DNA of 64,000 bases, taken from NCBI RefSeq assembly GCF_009914755.1, contig NC_060928.1; one strand, 5' to 3'. Source of the stretch: the human T2T-CHM13v2.0 reference genome, Homo sapiens. The notes beneath the pieces are model-generated. The model searched no databases and was not told the origin of the DNA. It worked only from the letters and a program-made list of their open reading frames with translations. Shown here one piece after another: positions 12,957 to 30,713 of the stretch (positions within the stretch are counted from its first letter, which is position 1; each line of letters opens with the position of its first letter). Position numbers and translations under genes: made by a program.

Positions 12957-13694
12957 AAAAGACGTCAAACGTATCTTCTCTCGTCAATCTTTCTTTCCAT
13001 GTCTCCATAGCTTGCCAACTCTCCTGCAGTCACACTTTTCTGGCCCATTGAGCTTTTGCTAAGGATGTTGGCTTTGCCTGGGTTTGCCCTTGTTATCACC
13101 TCATACAGCTAAATCTTCCTTAGCCTGTAAGATTCAGCTCAAATGCCAGTTCCTTGAGGAAGTTTCTAATACCCCAGACTGCGAGAAGTCTCTACTGCTC
13201 TATGTCACTCACCCATTTATCTGTCCATCTGTCTATTCAGCCATCCTTCCATCCATCCATCACCTTCATTGATCTTTTCCCCTCCAGTCAGTAACAGGCC
13301 TGTCCTGGGTACCACTGATGCCACAGTGGACAAAATACAATCTTGCCTTTGAGTAAGTCAGAAAGCAATGGCAAAGTCAGACAAGAAAATGAACTTGAAA
13401 TATAGGGAAATATTACAGTGAATTATTGTTTAACGGGCACTGCTGTTTGTTCAATGTCATATGGAGCACAATAAATAATAACGAAAAGTGAAATATCAAA
13501 TCCTGACTTTAAGCATGGCTCCTGTTTTACAAATGGAGTTTGTAAATAATTTTTCAATGTATAGGATAGATATTAAATATTGGCTTATCAAAGATTTAAT
13601 ATACAGTCTAAATGGTAGAAATTCAACTGGACAATTTGCTATGATGACAACAGTAAAATAATTGTCTCATCTTCTCCTTTATGGCTTTCACTGA

Positions 13695-14035
<341 letters not shown>

Positions 14036-15757
14036 TAGTAAATTTCTATGTAGATAAAGTAATTAATCAAAAATTGGTATGAAACACTCTACCAACTAAA
14101 AATCTGTAGGAGAACCCTCCTCAAGGCATTTATATTATATAATTGTGGGGATAAGACTCAGAAATGAAAAAGTAATTTCATTTGTGAAATGCATTTTTAA
14201 AAAGGCAGTAGAGGATAAGAACCAAATGAATGGTATATAGGAAGTCAGTGATATGAACTCACAGAAGTATTGAGGAGGGAGGCTTTGAATTGGTCCTTTC
14301 GTGATGAGCAAAATTCAGAGGATAAAGTAAGTGGAGGAAAAACTTCACATTGGGGAAATAATGAAAGCAAAGGCCTGATTGAGAGCTGGTGAAGGGCTGA
14401 AAATCATACAGAAGAGTGTGGAGTTCGTTGGAATTTATGAAGTTGGTGCTAAGTTGTCTTGTTTACCATTATCCCCAGCACCTAGCATATAGCTTGGCAT
14501 AGCTATGTGTTGGATGAATGGATTTTTAAAAAATGAATGAATAAGCCATAGGGAGCTACTGCAGATTCTTATTTACAATGACTTAAAGAAAATGGTGCTT
14601 ATGGGAGATTAACCTGGCAGCAGTGATCATGATGAGCTGGACTGAATAGAGAAGACAGTGAAGAAAGGACCACCTCCTGGGAGGTCACATGAAGTATGGA
14701 TATATGGATCTGCTCCAGATGGTGCCTTCAGGTTTAAGAAACAGTTGAAGGAACACATAAGAGTCACCAATGGAGATGAGTGGTCAGGCAGAAGGAGGAG
14801 TCAAAGATGACTGGAAGAATGGCGGTGTGTTTATGGGGTCTATTGAGTTGTAAGAGAGGAGGGTGTTTCAGGAGGATTGCCATAGGAGAAGGTGACATTT
14901 AGGGGCAGGAAGAGGGAGGGCATGAAGGTGTGGAGTCCTTAGTCTAATTGCAGAGAGGAGCATCAGAGTCGTCTGCTCTTGTGGGCAAAGGCCTCACGTG
15001 AAACATTCAGGCTCCTAGTCCTCCGTCTTCTTGTAAGCTAAGTTAATTTCCTCTGCAATTCTGTAGCAATACAAACTCATTAAATAACCAAATCAGGAAA
15101 GTGTGTCTGTGAGGTAGTTCCATCATCTTTGATTTCTCCTTCGTTTTTCTGTGATCCTGCAGAAGGCTATTTTTTGTTTTGTATGTTCTAAGTAGGGATG
15201 AGGGTTCTGCTTTGCTTGCTTCTGAACTGGAGAATGCTGTTGGGGAGGTCCCCAAAGGCAGCAGGAAAAGCCCTGGGGTGGAAAGTGATGCTTGCTGTCG
15301 TTATTGTACCCGCTATTGTACCCACCCTGTGGGGAAGGCTATGCAGCCAATGAATGGTCTAGTCAAAGCCTGGGCATGCCTGTCTCTGGACCCCACATCT
15401 GTGGAGGGCTTTATAAAGAGGGTAAATTTCTGTCTGGACCAGCCAAGTGAAGACTTGCCCGAAGGCAGGTGTATATTTAGAGGACTGCCTCCAGCTGTTT
15501 CCCTCCCACAGTGGTGTCTCTGTGGAAGTGCATCTGTTACATGCGGATCAAAGTCATCTTGCCATGCAGTTCATAGCATCCATGCTTTTGTCTTTATCAG
15601 AAAGGTAATAACGGCTTACAGAATTCTGATAGTGGTGGCAGCATCACCTGGACAGTCAGAAATAATGCACGTGAGAGATGAAGGGGGCTTATCCCTAGGT
15701 GATAACAGTGACAGTGGAAAAAGTGGATGTAGTAGCAATGGATGTTGCAATGGGACT

Positions 15758-16103
<346 letters not shown>

Positions 16104-16623
16104 TGAATGGATGGGATTGGGTGGTGGTGATCATGGGGGAAGAAGAGTAGGAAACTAGAGGACTCAAGAATGACTTCTAGGTATTTGCCCTGAAAAAAAA
16201 CAGATGGATCATGGCGCCATCTATTAAGATGAAAAAGACTTAGGTAGGAGCCAGTTTGCGGGGAAAATAAAAAATTCTGCTTTGGAGATGTGAAGTTTGA
16301 GATGTCTATTACTCATCTAAGTGGAGTTTGCAAGTAGGCAGTCAGATATACATCTCAGGGGAGTTCAGGGCTGAAGATTCAAATTTGGGAGATGGATTTT
16401 TGTAAATCTCCCACCTCCTTCTCAGGCATTAGTTTAAGATAAGGAGAGGGTAGAACTGCTCCTTGACTTACCAGAAATGAGGAGCAGATGCTATTTGTTC
16501 ACTTGTACTTTTGTCCATCCCTCAAATATTTATGGAGTACTTTCAGTGCTAGGTACTGTGCTGACTTTTATGGACTGGATGAGCAGATACAGGTACAGAC
16601 ACCGCTCTCATTGAGTTTGACAT

Positions 16624-16900
16624 CCAGGGCTGTGCAGTAGAAAGTGAGCCTACTACGTAAGCTGAATTTTCTAATGGCCATGTTGAAAAGGTCAAAAGAA
16701 AGAGATGAAGTTAATTTTAATAATCTATTTTATTTAACCCAGTATATCAAAAATTAGTATCATTTCAACATGTAATCAATATAAAATTACTGAGATATTT
16801 TATGTTCTTTTTCTCATACTGTCTTCAAAATCTGTTGTGTCTCTTACACACAGCACATCTCAATTCAGACTTAGCCGCATTTCAAGTGCTCGATAGCCTG
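16624..16900. mobile_element. MER33 (hAT-Charlie MITE)
   Basis: aattttaataatctattttatttaacccagtatatcaaaaat...acagcacatctcaattcagact...tttcaagtgctcgatagcc. Confidence 0.8.
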
Positions 16901-17951
16901 GATCTAGAAGATGCTGTAGAACTTGGCTCCCTGATGTCTAAACCCCTCCCTTCTCTCCTGCCCATTGGTGATCTCCAGACCTTCGGGGACTGTTGGGAGC
17001 TCCAGTGTGCTGTAAAATAGTGAGGTGTAAACCTTGGGCACACAGCCCCAGAGCAGAACCCCAGTCCACCTTGCCCAAAGTGCCAGCAATGGCAGCCTGA
17101 TGATAGAGGTGCCATCATCACACAGATCAGTATCCAGCTGTTCCTAGCCACACCTGGATTAATTAGTGACCACTGGAAGATAATTGCTGTGTTTTAAAAC
17201 TGAGAGCATTGCCACCATGTACCATGGTAAATATATTTGTTAACAAGATAAAAAAAAATGTTTTTTAGTAAAAGCAACTTCAATCCTGGTGTCTCCCCCG
17301 ACAACTCCCCTTGTCCTGTTTTCCTGGCACTGGGTGCTGACTACTAGGCAGCACTTCTTCTCTAAATCCCACCGCCTGGGCACAGGAGAGATCAGAATGT
17401 GTTTGGTGAATGAACGAGCTCAAGAATGGGAGGCTTACTCTGTGACTTGCGGGAGGAGAATGTGTGGGATTTTTGACATTGGTTCCTTCTTCAGATGACA
17501 GATACAGACAATGACGAATGCTCTCTCTTCTTATCAGGAGAGCTCAACGTGGGCGTTTCTTTCTGTAACAAGTATGCATCATGGCTGGCTGACTCCTCCC
17601 CATAACAAGCAGTTTAAAGGTGAACGGAAATGGATCTTGGCGATAGCAGCTTTTGGAAGCCTAGGCGCGGCACAGAAGGTCAGACAGGAATGGCTTGTCT
17701 TCCACTACAACATGGGGCTTCATCGGAAGCACCGCTGCTGAGGAGCAACCACCTCCTCCTGACCATCGCAAGCTGCCCAGGAAGACATGCTCATAGCAGT
17801 GTCCGTTTCCCTGCCTAACTTTCCACCAGAAGATTCCTCCATGTCTACGGGCGGACCCAGGCCGATCTTGGAATGCATGTTTAAGTTTGTCTGACCTTTC
17901 TATCTTTTGCCTTCCTCTTCACTAGAGAACCTGAGCACTAGGTTCTCCTGT

Positions 17952-18282
17952 ATTATTTATTTTATCTTATTCTTTTCTTTTTTTTTTTTTTGAGGCAGGG
18001 CCTTGCTCTGTCACTGAGGCTGAAATGCAATGGTGTGGTCATAGCTCACTCCTCGGCTCAAGTGATCCTCCAGCCTCAGCCTCTAGAGTAGCTGGTATTA
18101 CAAATGTGCAGCACCACAGCCAGCTAATTTCTTTTCTTTCTTTCTTTCTTTCTTTTTTTTTTTTGTAGAGATGGGAGTCTTGCTGTATTGCCTACGTTGG
18201 TCTCCAACTCCTGGGCTCAAGTGATCCTCTTGCCTCAGCCTCCCAAAGTGGTGGGATCACAGGTGTGAGCCACCACATCTGG
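17952..18282 (-). mobile_element. AluJ
   Basis: Diverged antisense Alu with expanded middle T-rich linker. Confidence 0.9.
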
Positions 18283-18357
18283 GTAGATTCTTCTTTAGGT
18301 TCCTGAGCCTGGAGAGATGGCCTGCAGGGGCATCTGCTGCAAAGGAATGAGATAAGC

Positions 18358-18750
18358 TGTGATAATCTGGGTCCTCCAAGAAGCAGAAGCCATAGATTTT
18401 ATCAGGGAGCTGGAAAAAAGTGGGATGACCATTAGACTGCAGTGCAAGTCTGACTCCAAATGAAGGAGAGGAAAGGTTGTATGGAGGCCTCCTTGGCTCT
18501 AGGGAAAGTTCAGCAAGGCAGAAGAGAAGTGCTGAGACAACATTCTAGGCAGAGGAGCCCCATGTCTCTCAGGAAGGGGGCTGCCTAGTGCCCCTGCCAT
18601 GCCCCATCACGGGTGGGGAGCAGCCCATGGAAAGGGGGGGTCTCAGCACAGGCCAGGATGGATTCAGAGCATGGAGTGGCAGCTGGTGCCCTGGGCCAGA
18701 TGCGCTCCCAGCTGGAGGCACTTTCTCACAACTGCTGTGTAGGCCTGGGT
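18358..18750 (-). mobile_element. LTR16-type ERVL solo LTR
   Basis: gggtcctccaagaagcaga...agactgcagtgcaagtctgactcc...ggggagcagcccatggaa. Confidence 0.65.
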
Positions 18751-19365
18751 CCACGTTGTTTCATGAGGAAAAGCCATGCGGGTGCTGCCTGGCACATATG
18801 TAGAGCAAGTGCCATATGACACGGTGGAAGGTGCCCTGGAATTGGCATCAATGTCCCAGGTCAAGTCCCTGATCCGTCACTTATTATTAGCTCATGATCT
18901 TAGGTGAGTCACTAAACCTCTCAGAGCCTTGGTTTCTTGATCTTAAAACAATACCTGTCTTACAGTATGGTTGTAGAGTGAAACTAGCTCTTGTGAGAAA
19001 GAGTGCTTTGTATAATGTTGACACAAATGCACACGTGGTAACAAAAGCAACAAAGCACAACTATTAAAGACCAATGACAGGAGCTCTGGAATTTTGCTAT
19101 AAGCAGTCTGTGGCAATGATAGAGATTTGTCTGTCTCTGTGGTTATACTTGCACGAAACTGCACACCATGCCAGTATACAAATTCCACAGTGTCTCAGTC
19201 ATTTAGCAGATGTCAGTTGTCTTGACTGTTCTGGGCAGGTATTTATACAAATAAAAAAATAAAAAGCATTTCAGAAAACCCTATTTTTTTTTAAACAAAA
19301 GATGGCTTTTCCACAGCTGCTAAATAATTCAAAGTCAGCAGTAATTCATAGTGAGTCAGCGGTAG

Positions 19366-19768
<403 letters not shown>

Positions 19769-20606
19769 GCTTGGGTTTTGTGCTAGCGAAATATTGAGAT
19801 CTGTAGGCTGTGGAGCAACCTGTTAGCGATGATGGGTGAGTTCACAGGCAGAGGCAGTAGCTCCAAGGCCTCAACCAGAGACCCAGATCCCAGGGCAGTG
19901 TCACTCATTTTGTCAACGATTCTAGGGGATGGGGAGACAGGAGCTGGAAAAATAAACCAGAAAGACTTCATGGGTTTATTTCTAAATAGATGAAGGTTAC
20001 AGAGCAAGGTAAATTTTATGCAGGAAAAACGGGTGGCAGTAGATGATCTAGTGTTAGAATCTCAGCATGGCCCTGGGGCTGGGAGCAAATGAAATTAGAC
20101 GTGGGATTAGTGGGAACCAGGTAGCCAAGGGTGGAGGCCTAACCAGAATTGAGTGATTCACACCATTAACAATGACCAGCTGTGAAGAAGCAGATCACCC
20201 CACCTGAGGACAGCCCCGAAGGAAGAGGTGCTTTTACCACCACCCAAGGATGAAAGCAGTGATTTCTCCTTCAAATCCAGCCCCAAAGCTGTGGCTCTCC
20301 TCACCAGTTTTCCTTTCCTTCTGGCCATGCAACCTCTTCTGCTCCATGGCCAGTTCAGAGGACACATGACTCCAGCAGGAGGGGACAAACCAGTCACCAT
20401 TCAGGAGCCTGAATAACCAGGGCTTCTGACACCGTGGGCCTCAGACTACCCACATCAGCACCACGTGGGCAGCTTGTTAAGGAGGCGACTGCATGAGCCC
20501 ACCCAGATCTGCCTGTTCAGAATGTCTGGAAGGGGACTCCAGAACCTGTGTGCCCCTCCCGCATCTTCCTCAAGGCATTGTTTTGCACACAAACATGTAA
20601 GAATCA

Positions 20607-20901
<295 letters not shown>

Positions 20902-21009
20902 TTGTGAGACCCAATTAAATGATCTCTAAGCTGCCAGATCAAAAACACTGTGACTTCAGAATCCCAGTTTAAGAAAAATGATCTTATTTCTCAGTAATTT
21001 ATAATTTTA

Positions 21010-21392
<383 letters not shown>

Positions 21393-21875
21393 GATGATGA
21401 TGTGTGAAGTTTACTATGTGCAAAAACCTATGTTTTGCATGGAGGAAAAATATATGAGGCACCCTGCCCTTAAGGTGCTTCTAGGCTAGAAGAGGAGCTG
21501 AAAAGGTGTGGAACCAACTTTGCCACAAGGCAGAGAGTGCTCCCAGGGCTGATAATCCAGGAAGGGGTCAGTTGATAAATATCCTAAATCTCAATCCTGG
21601 CAATAAGTACTGTATAAAAGATAGAATCAAAGGTCTCCAGGATTTCAGAAGAGGGAGATAGGAAAGCCGGCGGGGGCAGTGAGAGAAGCTTTAGAGAGGA
21701 AGCAGCATTTGAGAGAGGACTTTAAGGATAAGTCGTATTTCAGTAGGCAGAAAACATTCTGGAAGAGATGGCATGAGAAAGCCATAGTGGTGGGGAATTG
21801 CAAAGTGTACTGCAGAACAGGGGGAAGCTCATTTTGGCGTGAGTGGAGAGGGATTTCACTGGAAAGCTGGGATGG

Positions 21876-22316
21876 TGTATCAGTTATCAGTTGCTGCATA
21901 ATACACCAGTCCAAAATCTAAAGGCTTAAAACAACAATAGTCATTTCTTTTGCTCATGGATCTACAGCTTGTCTGTGTTCCACCCTGTCAGCTTAATGGG
22001 ACCTGGAGAGACCACTTTCAAAGTGGCTCCCTCACATGGCTGGGAAGTTGGAGGGAGCTGTCTGTTCCTTTTGTGGGCTTCTCTATGGCTTGAATTTCCT
22101 CACAGCAGTTTGATTTCAAGAGAGCCAAGTGAAAGCTGTATTGCCACTTATGACATAGCTTTTGGAGTCATAGTATCACTTCTGCTGCGGTCACAAGACG
22201 ACATCCAAATTCAAAGAGAGGGAGCAAAGTGTCCTCTCAGTGGAGGAGCGTCAGAGTCACCATAAGAAGAGAATGTGGGAAGGGAGGTATTATTGTAGCC
22301 AATTTTGGAAAATACA
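21876..22316 (-). mobile_element. MLT1G-type MaLR LTR
   Basis: tatcagttgctgcataatacacc...ggcttaaaacaacaat...cacatggctgggaagttgg...gccaattttggaaaataca. Confidence 0.7.
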
Positions 22317-22487
22317 TGTAAAACTCTTAATGCATGAAATACACAAAAACTCTAATCAGGCACTAAATAATAATATAAATTAAAAAAAACACAAATTTCA
22401 TTATATATCACAATAACCTTTCAAATAGGCAAAGCAAATATTATTTGTATTTTGCAAATAAAGGAACACAACTGAGAATTGGAGTAG

Positions 22488-23060
22488 AAAGGTGGATTTG
22501 CAATGAATTTAATGAAGTTTTCACTTTTAGAGCCCCTCACTAGCACTGACACCTTCTTCCGAGGCCCCAGAGGGGACCCAGAATTGTGTTCACATGGTCA
22601 TATGTTTCGTAAATGTTCAGAGGTAAAGTATCTTTACTACAACTAGTTAAGTCTGCTGTACCTTCACTTCAGCCTCCCTTCCATCACATCCCCTTGCGTC
22701 AGGTGTTACTGGGCATTTTGGAGACCCAGTTAAGGGGAAATTGAGTTATAGCTATATTTAGTTTTGGTGGAGTAGGTTATAATGATGTGGTTTTCAGTAA
22801 CTTCAACACATGGTTAAGTTATTACTGGGCACCCCAGTGTAGAAATGACTTCCAGGAATACTCCTATGGCTTACTGACTAACTCAAACAGCATTGTGACA
22901 CTAAAGTCCAGGACCAGAGGTCATACTGTGGTATGACTGTATCTCCTAGTACCCAGAATTCGCATGAAAATATATGGGTAGTGGAGAAAAACAAGGTTTG
23001 AAAAGTACATCGCCAGAAGCTAGTCTGTGGAGAATTCTTCCAATCAGATATAAAATTACA
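22488..23060 (+). mobile_element. MER115/Zaphod hAT DNA transposon fragment
   Basis: gcccctcactagc...tgtgttcacatggtcatatg...ttccaggaatactcct...gccagaagctagtctgtggagaattcttccaatcaga. Confidence 0.75.
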
Positions 23061-23119
23061 AGGACAATACCTTTGTGTATAGTTCTGGCTTTTAAAATCT
23101 TTTTAATGTTTCACATATT

Positions 23120-23420
23120 CAAAGAACAAACTTAAAATGAATAAGGTCCGGCAAGGTTACAGGATTAAGAGCAATGTACAAATATTAATTGTATTGTATA
23201 CAGTAGCAATGAGCAAACCAAAAATGAAATTAAGAAAGTAATTTCACTTAAGATAAAAATTCTAAAATACTTAGAAGTAAATTTAACAAAGATGTACAAA
23301 ACTTATACTGTGAAAACTACAAAGCTTTGTTGAAATAAATCAAAGAAGAAACCAAATAAATGTAAAAACAGTCTATGTTCATGGATTGGAAGATTTAATA
23401 TTCTCAAGATGTCAGTGTTA
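23120..23420 (+). mobile_element. Old L1M ORF2 fragment (degenerate)
   Basis: gaaaactacaaagctttgttgaaa...tgttcatggattggaagatttaatatt corresponds to the L1 ORF2 'PCSWIGRLNI' region. Confidence 0.8.
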
Positions 23421-26400
23421 ACATAACAAGATGTGTGTTATACTTTAGTTTTTAAAAAATGGCCAAAAACGTGGTGGGATAGTTGAATATGATTCATCCT
23501 TCCCAGACCCACATGACCTGAACACTGTGATGCGTTATAATGGCAGGGAGAGGAATTTTGGATTCAACCTGATCTGAATTGGAACCCTGGCTTTATTATT
23601 TACTAATGTATGTCTTTCCTCATTTTTTCTTGATGTTGCTGGTTCTGATTTTCTTCATTTGCTCAATAAGGATGATAAATAGCTACTCCTCAGGGTTGCT
23701 GTGGGGATCAGATATGATACGAGTAAAGGGCTGGCACTACTGGTTTCCTAAACCCAACTCCCTTCCATCTTGCCCATGTCCCATGCAGGTATTGGAAAAC
23801 CCAAGCATTGACTCTCCAGACCAGCCTCGCACCTAAGAACGCCGTGGGATGCAGTTTCAGACAGTGAGAAATCTGCTGGGGATGCCTGGGAAAGGGACAT
23901 ACCTGGCAGGTGCCGCTCCATGGCCTTCTTGCTGCCTTGAATTGGGACATGAGCCTGAGTCGCAGCAGCCGTCTTGTGACTGAGAGGTGGCAAGCAGGAG
24001 GAAGAGGCTAAGAGAATAGAGACACTGTTGAGCTGCTGAAGCACAGCAAGCGGCCACTTCTCTATGCTTCTTGCTATTTGACTGTTAAGCTAGTGCAAGT
24101 TACTTTTCTGGTCAGAATGAATTCATAACTGAAACACGCTTTAAAGTATGACTATTATTATTAAATGCAGCATAAGCTTTCCATAGCTGCTACACGATCA
24201 CACCCACTGCTGTCTCAGACTGACCAGTGGCCGACTAAACATGACAGCAAGTACTGTTGCCAGCCTCTGCCTTCTTATACTTGTGGAGTTTGTTTAAATC
24301 TAAATTCAGGACTCACCCTGTTAAATTTTATCTCCTTAGCTTGTCCCCTTCTTTTCAGAGATTTGCAATTCAAATTAGTATTATAACCTCAATTGATATA
24401 TGGCTGTGGACCAGTCAGGAATCATTGAATCATCCCCCACTTTGGAAAGCATAAGAGGCTGTAATTGCATTTTATATCAACCCTCTCCTATGCCCTCCCC
24501 GTCACGTGCATCAACATCTCTTTTCTCTCAGAAAGACCTCATCTTATTTGAGGTGATATTTGAGTACATAGTTCCTTTTAGGGTACTGGGGACCTTTTTG
24601 GTGGTAGGGTGGAGAGTGTGCACCACAGAGACTAGTCGCCAAGAGTCCCTGCAGTTAAGTCTGCGTATCCTGTGCTGGTGAAGGGTGGATGGGCTTTATG
24701 CAAATCTCTGCTTGGCTGCAGAATCTCCCAGTGAGATGAGCAAGGGTGCTTTGCAGTCAGTGTTGAAACCCCAGAAGAGCAGGAAATGATGCTGTTCCTG
24801 CCCAAAGGCAGAATGAAATGCAAGGAAAGGAGAAAAACATTATGACATAAGTATTAAGAAAGATGCTGTTTACGGGAACTCTGAAAGACTGGAATTCAGA
24901 GCCGCTACCAATTAAGAAAGTTAATGATGACTTGCAGCAGGTTTGCAGAAAGTGAAAGGAAGGTGAGGCTATTTAATTGCCACCATAACAGAAGAACTTG
25001 TAGAAAATAGGAATGGGATCACAATCATTATTAACTCATAAAAAATTTATAGGGTGCCATTTCTAATACGACACTGTGCAGGGATACTGCAGTCTAGCGT
25101 TACCTCCAGTTTAGACAGGCTGAAATACATACAGTTTCTCATCTGTATGAGATAAGGTGATATAAAATGAAGCTGATCAGGCTAGTTTATTGGATAAAAC
25201 CAACAACGAAGGGAAATAAGTAACTATTTATACAACATGGTAACTATCTACATTGTTCATTAGCAGACGATGTTTGTAACTGGAGATGAAATGCATTAAG
25301 CATGTTTGGGAAAGGAATAAATGGGATGTAACCATGGAAGTCCTATGCTTAACCAGGGTGGGGAGGGGGGCAGGGATATAGAGAACTTCAACTAGACAGG
25401 CCTGGTGGAGAAAGTGTGTGTCTAAGAATTACTTGCAAAGTGAGCTGTGTCAGGGAGCATCCTGGTGCATGCTCCAAGATATGTTGGATAACAGTTGAGT
25501 ACAACTCATGATGGAATTACAAAACTCCAAGATACAGTTGGATAGTTGGGTAACAGTTGAGCATCACCATGATGGAAGAGATGAAGAGACTTTTTGAATG
25601 TGTTTGAGAGGAGTGAAATGAATCCTACAATGATAATAATAATAATTGCTATTATTTTTTCAGACACGTGTGAAACCAGAAAAAAATAAATTAGGTGAAA
25701 GAATCTTCATTCCTGGTGACACCTTAGAAGAAGAAACAGACAATCTTGGATGGATTTGTTAAAGATCAGAGGATCCATAATGTCATGCAAAATGGTGGGA
25801 TTGGGGGCAAACAGATCAAGTTGATGAGTGGGGTTAGCAACAGTGAGACCTGAAAGAGAAAACAAGTTAACAGAAGCCAGACTAAGTGCAGGACTAACCT
25901 GCACCCTAAGAGGGTGCAGGCTCAGGAACCAGTCCATGAGGAGTTGCACCATAGTAAGGGGTAGAGATGAACTGAAGCTCGCTCATGATTACCAGCGGTA
26001 TTGGCCTCTCCAAGAACTAAAAATAACCTCCTTCTTTGTCTTGCTGTTACTTCCAAGCCACAGCTGAGTTCTCTCTCTATACTTACACCTCAGATGAATG
26101 AGCAGTGCCTGTGGCTGTGGCCAGTGTCTTTTATTCCCACCTGGTTCCTCCCAGTCTGTGTTCCATGTTGTCACTGCCCCAACTGCACAAGCCTTTTCCT
26201 AGTCCTCAATCTTTTCTCCCCACAGCAGCCCTGGGCACAGTAGACCTCCCTAGCCTTTTAAGGAACCTCTTCCTGTTACCTGACTGCTGTGGTCTACGTG
26301 ACCATCTTACCTCTTCCTCTGCATTTTCCTTGTGTCTGTCACTGACTCTCTCCCGTGTCCCGCTCCCCAACTGTGGGTGCCCCAGATGTGTCAATCCTCA

Positions 26401-26504
26401 TTCTCCGATCTTCTCTCTTTATACTAGATTCTAATTCACCTTTATTCATCTATACTCCCAGAGTCAAGTTTTGATTATGTATATATAACCAAATGGCATA
26501 TAAC

Positions 26505-26553
<49 letters not shown>
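26505..26553. repeat. (TCTA)12 tetranucleotide STR
   Basis: Perfect tcta array. Confidence 0.95.
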
Positions 26554-27373
26554 GCCATCTCATTTCATGTCTTCACGAAATATCTGTTAGCTGTTTTTCT
26601 CCAGATTATCATCCTTCCTTAAGTGCTGTTGTGGTAGCAGTGGTGGTGGTAGTAGCAGTAGTAACAGCAACAACCTCTATCATATAGTAAATGCTAACTA
26701 TATCTCAGGTGCTTTAGTAAAATCTCATTTAAGCCTTTCAATGTTATACATTGATATTGCTGTTGAACACATTTTATAGAGGAGGAAACAATCTCAGCAG
26801 GTTTAACGGTGGTTCCCAGTCACACAGCTAACACAGAACACGGCCTTGAACTCAGATTTTGTCTGACTAAAGTTTGTCATCCTATTTCTGTGCTAAAGCT
26901 TCTACAGCAGTCCCTGTTGCTTACCAGGTGAGGCCCAGCATCCTCACGGACCATCCCGGATCTCCGTAACGTAGCTCCACTGATCTGCTCCAGTGACTGC
27001 CTTCTGCTCCCAGAGTGGCACCTCCTTAACCACCCTCACCTTCCTACGCAGTGAATGAAGTGCAGACATGAATCCTGAGTCTGCCATTTAGTACTTCTCT
27101 AAAACTGACTTCTTGTATTTGTAAAATACCCGCCTCACAATCTCAGGATTGCTGTGAGCATCGTATATAATGAGTGCAAAGGGCCCGGCATAGTGCAAGG
27201 GACATGATAGGTGCATAACAAATAGGACCCACTGAGGCTGTTACTCATATTTCTGCTCTTGTGCCTTGTTCGTGTTATTCTCTACATATGAAATGTTTGT
27301 ACTTCCTATTGCTCTGGCCTGACAGTCCTTAAGGGCTAAATTCCATCTTTACTAAATGTTTCCTTGGCTCTAA

Positions 27374-27717
<344 letters not shown>

Positions 27718-28831
27718 CTCTGAATGCACTTTCTATATACACCAGGTGGCTGGTGTTATCTACTGTCTTATTCTTGAATGGCTTTGGGTAAGCGAGCCTC
27801 ATAAGTTACTGGTGAGCTTGCTTGTATTGCTTCTGTGCTCCTCTCAAAGCTACTGGCACACTGTACCAAAGTGATTTGTTCATTGATTGATGGAGAAATG
27901 TAAACATTGGGACAAATCAGAGAGAAAAAAGGGCAAATTGGACATTATCTTGTTCGATTTCAGTTGGCAGTCAATGGTTTGTGTTCAAATTATCCTACAG
28001 AGGCTTGAACCAGGAGGGGAGGTTCAGAAAACAGATGGTGGGAAAGAGAACAGATCTCTGTATTATGGAGCTTTGACTTTAAAATTATTTCTCTTAAAGA
28101 AGAGATAGACCCAAAAGGAAATGATCTGAGATAAATTTCCAGGGACCAGTAAGACAGAAGTACCACTAAATATGAAGAGGCAGTGGACTGGGAATAATGA
28201 GAGAAGACCCAGGCAATCATGCCTGTAAGTTACGATAAAGAAAACAGGAAGCACATTTCGACAGAAAAACCATACTTTACATTAAAGAAGTGAGATTGTG
28301 TCTGTTGCAAGAGTGAGAGGGAAAGCCCGCAACGACCTCAGGGACCCAGTGAATTAGCTCACGGGAAGCCCAGGGCCTCTTTTGCTAGCTGCTAATGAAG
28401 GGAATTAGATAACCATGTTATTTTGAAAGAAAACAGATTATGTTTATTGAATGATCTAAAAGAAGCGAAAAAGGCTAGGTAAAGATGCCATGTTTTGGAT
28501 TCTGATGTTGGGTCACACCAGGGCGCCCATTCTTCTGTATTCACAAAATGCCCAAATAGGGAGAGGTCTTGCCAGGCGTGTGAACTCGCCACTGTGGCTG
28601 AGCAACAAAGGTACATTGAAAGGAAGCGTGTGTGTTTGTGGCTTTGAGCCCCTTTTCCTATTCTGCTGAAGATTAGGAAATTATAGGTTATACTGCTTGA
28701 AATGAAGACAGAGTAAATGGTAGGAGGGTTGTAAATCACCTGCGAAGCACCGTCTTCGACCATGCCATATAGCAAGGCTACCCAAAACACTCCAGTCTCT
28801 AATTTGTTCAACTTAAAGAATAAGAGGGATA

Positions 28832-29562
<731 letters not shown>

Positions 29563-29938
29563 CTATCAAGCAATATGCCTATAAACATGGAATGATTGAA
29601 TTTTCAGTTTCAAATACATGTTTTGGGTTGTGAAGACTCAAAAAGCTTGTGGGTCTCTTTGTTTTTGTCAAAGTATATGAATAAACGAGGATTGCAGAAG
29701 TTTACTTGTGGAATGAATGCATTAGTAAATTAATGAAGCTTTCTCCTGTACTGAAAGAAGAGTATAAGGTCATGACTCATGGTCATGAGGTAGGAAATAA
29801 TTCTGCTCACCAAGAAACAAGGACATTTTAAATATCTAAAAAAGCAGAAATGAGAAAGGAAGCATGAAAAATAATCATTTAGCCAACAGTTACAGCACCT
29901 ACTGACAGACAGAAAGTACAGGGCATTGACATAGTTTA

Positions 29939-30544
<606 letters not shown>

Positions 30545-30713
30545 CTACAGCAGAGAAAATTTTCACTCTCCCCCACCCCACAGAAGACAGACAGACCTAC
30601 CCCAAAATTAAAATGACATTAGCCCCATAAGCATGTTTCCCTCCTCAGGTAACAAAGAAGATACCTCAGTTCTAAATCCACACAGTTTTAAAGATGTCAT
30701 ATATTTAATGCTC

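Noticed and set aside
18903-18912. AP-1 TGA(C/G)TCA sites scattered across the window
   Set aside because: The number seen is about what a 7-mer gives by chance, and several lie in repeats
24820-25800. Possible L3/CR1 remnant
   Set aside because: Similarity too weak to support by eye
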